Assembly: GCA_965652295.1 (NCBI GenBank)
Contig: CBFGTS010000011.1
Location: forward strand, 64,001-128,000
From: an uncultured Haloferula sp.
GTDB lineage: Bacteria > Verrucomicrobiota > Verrucomicrobiia > Verrucomicrobiales > Akkermansiaceae
DNA: 64,000 nucleotides
Direction: 5' to 3'
Below are positions 57,590 through 64,000 of this stretch, piece after piece. A model generated the notes under the pieces. The model made no database searches. It saw only the letters and a program-made list of their open reading frames with translations, and was not told the DNA's origin. Each line of letters starts with the position of its first letter. Position 1 is the first letter of the stretch. The position numbers and the translations under genes are program-made.

Positions 57590-58588
57590 TCAGTCGGTCT
57601 CCGGCCGGGGGTCCCGGTTGAGCAATTCGGCGAGCGCCTTGGCGGCCGGCATGTCCTTGTAGAGGATCGCATGAACGGCGTCGATGATGGGCGTGCGCAC
57701 GCCTGAAGTACGGGCTGCCTCGTAGATGGAAAGGGTGTTCGGCACGCCCTCCGCCACCATCCCGAGGCTGCCGACGGCTTCATCCAGGGATTTTCCCTCG
57801 CCGAGCGCCTTGCCCACGCGATGGTTGCGTGAGTGCTCGGAAAAGCAGGTGGCGATGAGGTCGCCCACGCCGGAGAGGCCGGCGAAGGTCTCGACCCGGC
57901 CACCGAGGCGGGTGCCGAGGCGGGTCATCTCCGCCAGCGCGCGGGTGACCAGGGCAGCGATGGCGTTATCGCCGAGACCGAGGCCGAGCGCGATGCCGGA
58001 AGCGATGGCATAGACGTTTTTGATCGCACCGCCGAGTTCGATGCCGGCGAGGTCGTCGCTGGTGTAGCTGCGGAAGTGCGGAGCGGTGAAGAGCTGCTGG
58101 AGCTGCTCGGCGAGCGCCTCGTCCTCGCAGCCGATCACCGCGCAGGTGGCGAGGTCCTGCGAGATTTCCTCGGCATGGTTCGGTCCGGAAAGCACGGCGA
58201 TCGGGTTGGCGGGAAACTCTTCGCGCAGTATCACGCTCATGCGGTCGCCGGTACCGCGCTCGATGCCCTTGGCGCAGGAAAGCAGGACGGTCTCCCGGGC
58301 GAGCCCGAGCTTGGCCAGTTGGCTCGCCATACCGCGGGTCGCGGAGGTCGGCACGCCGAAGACAACGAGCGGATGATTCTTCGCCGCGGCGAGATCGGTG
58401 GTGGCGGTGACGCTGCCGGGCAGCGACGCCCCCGGCAGGTAGCGGGGGTTGTGGTGCTCGCGGGTGATCGTGGCCACGACCTGATCATCGCGGCCGATCA
58501 TTTCGACGGCCCGCATGCGGCTGCCGATGAGGTGAGCCAGGGCGGTGCCGAAGGAGCCGGTTCCGAGGATGGCGACGGAGTCGAACAT
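57590..58588 (-). CDS. gpsA: NAD(P)H-dependent glycerol-3-phosphate dehydrogenase
   Basis: GTGSFGTALA, SGPNHAEE, GGAIKNVYAIASG, GLSGVGDLIATC, SRN. Confidence 0.94.
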   Translation of the reverse strand: MFDSVAILGTGSFGTALAHLIGSRMRAVEMIGRDDQVVATITREHHNPRYLPGASLPGSVTATTDLAAAKNHPLVVFGVPTSATRGMASQLAKLGLARETVLLSCAKGIERGTGDRMSVILREEFPANPIAVLSGPNHAEEISQDLATCAVIGCEDEALAEQLQQLFTAPHFRSYTSDDLAGIELGGAIKNVYAIASGIALGLGLGDNAIAALVTRALAEMTRLGTRLGGRVETFAGLSGVGDLIATCFSEHSRNHRVGKALGEGKSLDEAVGSLGMVAEGVPNTLSIYEAARTSGVRTPIIDAVHAILYKDMPAAKALAELLNRDPRPETD

Positions 58589-58593
58589 TCGTA

Positions 58594-59316
58594 TCAGGCT
58601 TTGAGTCTGCGGGTGAAGCGGTGCTCCGTGCCATCGATGAGGCGACGGATGTTGGTGCGGTGCTTCCAGATCGCGAGGGTGGCGATGATCACCGTGAAAA
58701 AGAACAAGGGCTTGTTCCACGTCCCGGCCTGCCACAGCGAGATGCCTTCCGCGTTTTTGTGAAACCTGGCCCCGATGTGGGTGAGCACCGGCAGGGCCGC
58801 CGCCGCGCCGATGGAGGCCAGGGAAACGTAACGGGTGGTCAGGAAAAACAGCAGCCAGACCGCGATCAACAGCACCACGGCGAAGGGCATCAGACCGAGC
58901 AGCACGCCCGCGGAGGTGGCGATGCCTTTTCCGCCCTTGAAACCGACCCAGGGCGAGTAGTTGTGCCCGAGGATGGCGAGAAGCGCGGTGAGCACGTGGA
59001 CGAGCTGTCCCTTGAATTGCTCCGCGGCGGGGAGACGCAGCGCCACGCCGTCGAGAAACTCAAGGTGGGGTGTGATCATCCGGCCCTCGATCTGGATCAG
59101 ATTGATGGCCAGCAGCACCGGTAGATACCCCTTCAGGGCATCGAGGATGAGGCAGGTGATGCCATACTTTTTCCCAACGATCCGAAGCACGTTGGTTGCG
59201 CCGATGTTTCCCGAACCGTGGGCGCGGATATCGATGCCTTTAAGCTTGGCGATGATCAGACCGAACGGAATCGAGCCGAGCAGGAAGGCGATGATCGGGC
59301 AGAGCCAGAGTTGCAT
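58594..59316 (-). CDS. plsY: Glycerol-3-phosphate 1-O-acyltransferase PlsY
   Basis: GSIPFG, GSGNIGATNVLR, GHNYS, FKGGKGIAT, KHRTNIRRL. Confidence 0.94.
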   Translation of the reverse strand: MQLWLCPIIAFLLGSIPFGLIIAKLKGIDIRAHGSGNIGATNVLRIVGKKYGITCLILDALKGYLPVLLAINLIQIEGRMITPHLEFLDGVALRLPAAEQFKGQLVHVLTALLAILGHNYSPWVGFKGGKGIATSAGVLLGLMPFAVVLLIAVWLLFFLTTRYVSLASIGAAAALPVLTHIGARFHKNAEGISLWQAGTWNKPLFFFTVIIATLAIWKHRTNIRRLIDGTEHRFTRRLKA

Positions 59317-59328
59317 GGAGGTGGAAAA

Positions 59329-60087
59329 TCAGAGCTTCCAGTAGTCGCCGACCCATGGAGCGGGGAGCACGCGATGATGGATCTTTTTTCCGCGGAACCC
59401 GCGGATGGCGTCGTCCGGATCCGGCTGGCCGTGGAAAACGACGAACTTCGCGTTGGCGGGCTTCTTCGGCGCGGCGACGAGGTTGAGTGGGAAGGGCGGT
59501 CGGACGTTGAACTTGAAGCTGCGGACCCACTCTTCGGGCCACCAGTAGCGCTCCTTCATCGCATAGGTGAGGAAATGCTGCTCGGTCACGAAGATCGAGC
59601 GATCCTGAGCGCGGTCGATTTCCGCGAGGAAGGTCTCGTAGATGTAATGCGACTTGCCGGCCTCGAAGCGGAAGATGGACGAGTTGCCGATCTCCGGGCG
59701 CTTGCGGAAGAGCTGTTTGCGACGCTCCCACCAGTTGTGAATGATGCAATTCTTGCCGGGTTGGTAGTCGAAAAAGCAGTCGATCGAGTCGAGGATGACG
59801 AGATCGAGATCGAGGAAAAGCGTGGGCCCCTGGAGGTCGCAGAAGCCATCGCGGGTCATGACGAGCTTGAGGAAAACGTTCGGCCAGGCCGACTGGGTGA
59901 TGCCGGGGTTCTCCGGAAACGGGGCGGTTTCCACCTCGGGCAGCAGCTCGCTGGCGTCATCGGTGAGGCAGAGGAAGCGGAACGGACGCGAGAGGTTCCG
60001 CTGGATCGAGCGATACAGGACGTTGACGTAATGAGCGGGGTAGCGGGTGCCCCACTTCATGCAGATGATGTTCACTCGGTCGGCCAT
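59329..60087 (-). CDS. Putative glycosyltransferase (GT-A-like)
   Basis: ICMKWGTRY, FLCLTDD, LFLDLDLVI (DxD), NSSIFRF, VFHGQPDP. Confidence 0.75.
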   Translation of the reverse strand: MADRVNIICMKWGTRYPAHYVNVLYRSIQRNLSRPFRFLCLTDDASELLPEVETAPFPENPGITQSAWPNVFLKLVMTRDGFCDLQGPTLFLDLDLVILDSIDCFFDYQPGKNCIIHNWWERRKQLFRKRPEIGNSSIFRFEAGKSHYIYETFLAEIDRAQDRSIFVTEQHFLTYAMKERYWWPEEWVRSFKFNVRPPFPLNLVAAPKKPANAKFVVFHGQPDPDDAIRGFRGKKIHHRVLPAPWVGDYWKL

Positions 60088-60141
60088 GCGTGCGGCGGGA
60101 TTGCGGATGCTGGCGGCGGAAATGCCAAGCGGAAAGCGGGC

Positions 60142-60849
60142 TCACACCCGTTGGTCCGAGCTGCGCAGCGAGATGTCGCCGATTTCGACGTGGGGCGGGG
60201 TTTCCAGCATATGGAGGATACTTTCGGCCACGTCGCCGGCTTGCAGCATGTGGATCGAGGCCCGCGTTTGCTGCAGAACGTCCTCGCGACCGCGGAAATA
60301 GTCGTCGAGCAGCGGGGTATCGACGAAGCCGGGCGACACGCTCCCGACCTGAACGGGAAGCCCGGCGGCCTTGACCTCGAGGCGGAGCGCGTCGGTGATC
60401 GCTCGGACAGCGAACTTGGTCGGTGCGTAGAATCCGCCGCCGGGTGGCACGCGGTGACCGCTCATCGAGGAGACGTTCACGATCCGGCCGCCGGATTTCG
60501 GGAAATGGCGCAGGGCGGACTGGCAGCACAGGGCGAGGCCCAGCACGTTGACGCGCCACATTTCCTCCCAGTCGGAGGGGTTTCCATCGAGGATCTTCGA
60601 TTGGTAGGCCACGCCGGCGCAGTTCACGAGAGCGTCGATGATCTCGAGTTGGCGGAAGGCATCGGCGATGTCATCGCGGCGGGTCAGGTCGGCGGTGAGG
60701 CCGTGGACGCCGTCGGGCAGTCTGCCGGGCGAGCGGGAGATGCCGACGACCTTGGCACCGCGCTCCAACAGCCGTTCCGCGAGGGCGCGGCCGATTCCGC
60801 TGGAGGCACCGGTGACAACGATGGTCCGATCGGCGAGGCGGCTGCTCAT
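60142..60849 (-). CDS. SDR family oxidoreductase
   Basis: TGASSGIG, NCAG, YAPTK (YxxxK), SPGFVDT. Confidence 0.9.
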   Translation of the reverse strand: MSSRLADRTIVVTGASSGIGRALAERLLERGAKVVGISRSPGRLPDGVHGLTADLTRRDDIADAFRQLEIIDALVNCAGVAYQSKILDGNPSDWEEMWRVNVLGLALCCQSALRHFPKSGGRIVNVSSMSGHRVPPGGGFYAPTKFAVRAITDALRLEVKAAGLPVQVGSVSPGFVDTPLLDDYFRGREDVLQQTRASIHMLQAGDVAESILHMLETPPHVEIGDISLRSSDQRV

Positions 60850-61823
60850 GTGGCGAGCCTTTCAGCGGGGCCCGGACTTGGCAACCCCTCGAAAAGCCGG
60901 GGCAGATCCGGAAGATCGGCCTGCGTCCGGGCACGCTGGGCGGCGACGATCCTCCCGTTCCGGAAAAGAAACGCCCCTGGAAGCTGGAGCCCGTCGCCGG
61001 CCAGATGACCCATGCCGCAGCCGCGGATCAGGGCGACGAGCAGGGGCAGCCACACGGGCGGACCGAACAACTCCCAGAAGCCGCCCTTACCAAGGCCGAA
61101 GGCGCGGTAGAGCTCGCAGCGGGGGTCGGCGATGCGGGCGATGCCGCTGCGGGTGGGAAGATAGTTTTCCTCGCTGCCGGGAACCAGCATGTGGACGAGG
61201 ACGAGCCGGGCGCGGTGTTCGCCGGCCTCGGCCTTGAGCGATTCCAGCTCCCGGAGGATCTTGCGGGTGAAGGTGCAGCCGAAATGGCGTAGAAAGACGA
61301 GGCAGACGAGCTGGGTTTCCGATGCTTCGCGGAGCGACTCGCCCGACGAGAGACGGTAGTGCCTCGCGGCCTCCTCCAGGTTCATCGGCTCCTCCTCCGC
61401 CGGACGACCGAGGCGCGATTCAAGGATCTGCCAGAGAATCAGCGCGAGGGGAAACCAGCAGAGAAGATCGTCGCCGGCCACCAGCAGGAAGGCGGAGCCC
61501 GTGAGGTTGCCATCGATCACCGACCACACGCTCGTTGCCACCACCAGCGTGGCTTTCAGAAAGCCGACAAGCACCAGTGCCCAGTGCTCGAAAGGCGAGC
61601 GGGAGGCGATGATGAAGCCGATGCCGAACGCGGCGGCCGCGAGACCGATGGCCCGCCACACCATCGGGTTTTTCAACGGAGGCGCGCCGAGGAGCCCGAA
61701 GAACCCGTGTGGCTGGAAATTGACCCAAAGCCCGAAGGCGACGTAGCTGAGCCCGGCCGCGACCAGCACCAGGCTCATCCAGCGCGGGGTGCGGCAGCGG
61801 CCGCCGGGGCAGGAAAAAGGCAT
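60846..61823 (-). CDS. Membrane domain fused to AhpC/TSA-like (SelL-related) redox domain
   Basis: Four N-terminal TM helices; FLRHFGCTFTR, IADPRCELYRAFGL, GDGLQLPGAF. Confidence 0.75.
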   Translation of the reverse strand: MPFSCPGGRCRTPRWMSLVLVAAGLSYVAFGLWVNFQPHGFFGLLGAPPLKNPMVWRAIGLAAAAFGIGFIIASRSPFEHWALVLVGFLKATLVVATSVWSVIDGNLTGSAFLLVAGDDLLCWFPLALILWQILESRLGRPAEEEPMNLEEAARHYRLSSGESLREASETQLVCLVFLRHFGCTFTRKILRELESLKAEAGEHRARLVLVHMLVPGSEENYLPTRSGIARIADPRCELYRAFGLGKGGFWELFGPPVWLPLLVALIRGCGMGHLAGDGLQLPGAFLFRNGRIVAAQRARTQADLPDLPRLFEGLPSPGPAERLAT

Positions 61824-61918
61824 GGACAAGCGTAATGGGAAGCACCGCCTGCGCAAGAGGCGCGTGACGGCCGCGCGGGCTCTTGACCGTGGGGGCGCGA
61901 CTTTCCATGGTCCGCGCC

Positions 61919-62881
61919 ATGCGCATCCTGACCGGCCTGCAACCCAGCGGAAAACTCCACGTCGGCAACTACTTCGGAGCCATGGAGCCCGCGGTGAAGC
62001 TGCAGGAGGAGGGGGACGCCTTCTATTTCATCGCCAACTACCACGCGATGACCACCGTCCGCAACGCCGCCGAGCTGCGGGGTTTCACCCGCGAACTGGC
62101 CGTCGACTTTCTCGCCTGCGGCCTGGATCCCGAACGCTCGGTGTTTTTCCGCCAGTCCGACGTTCCCGAGGTCAACGAACTCGCGTGGATCCTGTCGACG
62201 GTTTGCCCGATCAGCCTGCTGGAAAAGTGCCATTCTTATAAGGACAAGGTCGCCAAGGGTTTCTCGCCCAGCCACGGCCTGTTCGCCTATCCGGTGCTGA
62301 TGGCCGCGGACATCCTGCTCTACGATGCCAACCAGGTCCCGGTGGGGAAAGACCAGAAGCAGCACCTCGAAGTCACTCGCGACCTCGCCGGAAAAATCAA
62401 TGAAGCCTATGGCGAGGGCACGCTGGTCGTTCCCGAGCCTATCATCCGGGAGAGCGTGGCGGTGGTCCCCGGCCTGGATGGCCAGAAGATGAGCAAGAGC
62501 TACCACAATACGCTGCCGCTTTTCGGCGAGGAAAAGCCGTCGAAGAAGCTCATCATGCGTATGGTGACCGATTCGACCCCGGTGGAAGAACCGAAGCCGG
62601 TCGAGCAATCGCTCATCCTCCCGCTGTTCCGGTTGTTTGCGGATGACTCCGCCTACCAGGAGATGATCCGCCAGCATGAATGCGGCGGGACGGGCTATGG
62701 GGATTTCAAAAAGCGTTTGGCTGAAGCCTATTGGGACTACTTCGCCCCGATGCGGGCCAAGCGCGAGGAGCTCCTTGCTGACCCCGGGTTCGTCGATGAT
62801 GTCTTGAAGAAGGGCGCGGAAAAGGCCCGCGCCACGGCGGCGGTGACGCTCGACCGCGTGCGCCGCGCCGTGGGGCTTTGA
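61919..62881 (+). CDS. trpS: Tryptophan--tRNA ligase
   Basis: GLQPSGKLHVGNY, YPVLMAADIL, PVGKDQKQH, KMSKS. Confidence 0.96.
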   Translation: MRILTGLQPSGKLHVGNYFGAMEPAVKLQEEGDAFYFIANYHAMTTVRNAAELRGFTRELAVDFLACGLDPERSVFFRQSDVPEVNELAWILSTVCPISLLEKCHSYKDKVAKGFSPSHGLFAYPVLMAADILLYDANQVPVGKDQKQHLEVTRDLAGKINEAYGEGTLVVPEPIIRESVAVVPGLDGQKMSKSYHNTLPLFGEEKPSKKLIMRMVTDSTPVEEPKPVEQSLILPLFRLFADDSAYQEMIRQHECGGTGYGDFKKRLAEAYWDYFAPMRAKREELLADPGFVDDVLKKGAEKARATAAVTLDRVRRAVGL

Positions 62882-62942
62882 GGGGCGGGATCTATCGGGC
62901 GCAGCAGTGACGGCCGCAAGCGGGCCAACTTTTGCTTTGCCA

Positions 62943-63140
62943 AACCAGCCACCAGCCGGCAATCTCAACTCGTTCGCGTGGTGGTCGGCCTGAGAATTTT
63001 CAGGTCATCCGGGAATGAAAGCCTTGAGAATCCGGTAACGGATCCCTGCGCTGGAATCATTCGCCCCCGGCTTAGCCCTACCGATCCGTGGTTTCCCATC
63101 GTGTGCCGGAGTCTATCCGGGCGATGGGCTGGTTGCGGAA
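62943..63140 (+). ncRNA. Candidate structured ncRNA (possibly 6S RNA)
   Basis: Nested helices AACCAGCC/GGCTGGTT, CCGGCA/TGCCGG, GGTCGG/CCGATC, CCGGG-AATGA/TCATT-CCCGG, plus GNRA hairpin ATCCG-GTAA-CGGAT; about 190 nt. Confidence 0.35.
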
Positions 63141-63170
63141 AGTTCGTTTTCTCTCGTTTCCCTCGTTTTC

Positions 63171-63923
63171 ATGGCAGGTCACAACAAGTGGTCGAAGGTC
63201 AAACACATCAAAGCCCGTGTGGACGTCATCCGCGGCAAGGTGTTCAGCAAGTGCGCCCACGAGATCGCGATCGCGGCTCGTGACGGCGGCGGTGATCCGA
63301 CGATGAATGCCCGGCTGCGTGCGGCGATTGACGGGGCCAAAGCGGTTTCAATGCCGAAGGACAACATCGAGCGTGCCATCAAAAAAGGCACCGGTGAACT
63401 CGGCGGCGAGGCGATTCAGGAAGTGACCTACGAGGGCTATGGTTCCGGCGGTGCCGCCTTCATTGTCGAGGCCGCCACCGACAATCTCAATCGGACCGCA
63501 GCCGACGTTCGCTCGGTCTTTTCCAAGGCCGGCGGAAGCGTCGCCACGCCTGGCAGCGTTTCCTATCAGTTCGATCGCAAGGGCGAGATCCGCTTCGAGG
63601 ATACGGAACTGGGCGAGGACCGCCTGATGGAACGGGTGATCGAAGCCGGCGGCGACGAGCTGGAGGACGATGGTGACGAATGGGTGGTGCTGACCGCGCC
63701 CACCGAGCTGTTCGCCGTTTCGGAAAAGCTCCGCGAGTCCGGACTGACTCCCAAATCCGAGAAGCTCGTCTCATTGCCGCAGAACGTGACCATGATCGAC
63801 GATCCCGACCAAGCCAGGCAGCTGATGAAGCTCTACGACCAGCTCGATGAACTCGGCGACACGCTGAACGTTTTCACCAATTTTGAATTTTCCGACGAGG
63901 TGCTGAACGCCCTCGATTCCTGA
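63171..63923 (+). CDS. yebC: YebC/PmpR family protein
   Basis: MAGHNKWSKVKH, MPKDNIERAIKKG, YEGYG, TDNLNRT. Confidence 0.94.
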   Translation: MAGHNKWSKVKHIKARVDVIRGKVFSKCAHEIAIAARDGGGDPTMNARLRAAIDGAKAVSMPKDNIERAIKKGTGELGGEAIQEVTYEGYGSGGAAFIVEAATDNLNRTAADVRSVFSKAGGSVATPGSVSYQFDRKGEIRFEDTELGEDRLMERVIEAGGDELEDDGDEWVVLTAPTELFAVSEKLRESGLTPKSEKLVSLPQNVTMIDDPDQARQLMKLYDQLDELGDTLNVFTNFEFSDEVLNALDS

Positions 63924-63945
63924 TCTCCCCGAATTTCCCTTACCG

Positions 63946-64000
63946 ATGAGCGACGAGACCACCAACGCGTCCCCGGCCGACACCGCGGAAGCCCCTCCGA
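63946..64000 (+). CDS. Probable start of the next gene (truncated)
   Basis: ATG 22 nt after the yebC stop, open to the window end (MSDETTNASPADTAEAPP). Confidence 0.4.
   Translation, partial: MSDETTNASPADTAEAPP

Noticed and set aside
61261..61290. Possible selenocysteine in the SelL-like domain
   Set aside because: The codons are TGC and ACC; there is no in-frame TGA.

Overview
High-GC bacterial chromosomal window, most likely from a free-living member of the Verrucomicrobiota (Haloferula/Luteolibacter-like). This is inferred from gene content, a PEP-CTERM protein and the attC style; no rRNA is present to confirm it. Most of the window is housekeeping: pyrC, glnS, pyk, mrp, rpoN, a UDPGP-family UGPase, guaBA, ilvA, eda, pgk, tpiA, tRNA-Lys(CTT), gpmI, a porin-pstSCABB-phoU operon, ku-ligD, gpsA, plsY, trpS and yebC. 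It also holds a MoxR/ABC/DUF58/BatA-vWA operon, an OMF+MFP efflux pair without a transporter, and a retropepsin / 7TM-transglutaminase-like / RimK-like ATP-grasp operon. Four signals stand out. (1) A low-GC integron-type cassette array at ~21.4-23.6 kb has an attI-like site, one intact attC, two eroded attC sites and matching cassette boundaries, but no integrase nearby. (2) Sigma54 -24/-12 motifs lie in front of rpoN itself and in front of ku-ligD, DUF3008, a duplicated ferritin-like gene and DUF2383, suggesting a sigma54-run general stress/NHEJ regulon. (3) A GTGAC-N6-GTCAC motif repeats at 11-bp spacing in the pst promoters. (4) Two structured intergenic regions are candidate ncRNAs, one possibly 6S RNA. 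No CRISPR array, transposase or prophage was seen. All calls come from reading the sequence by eye; no database search was run.
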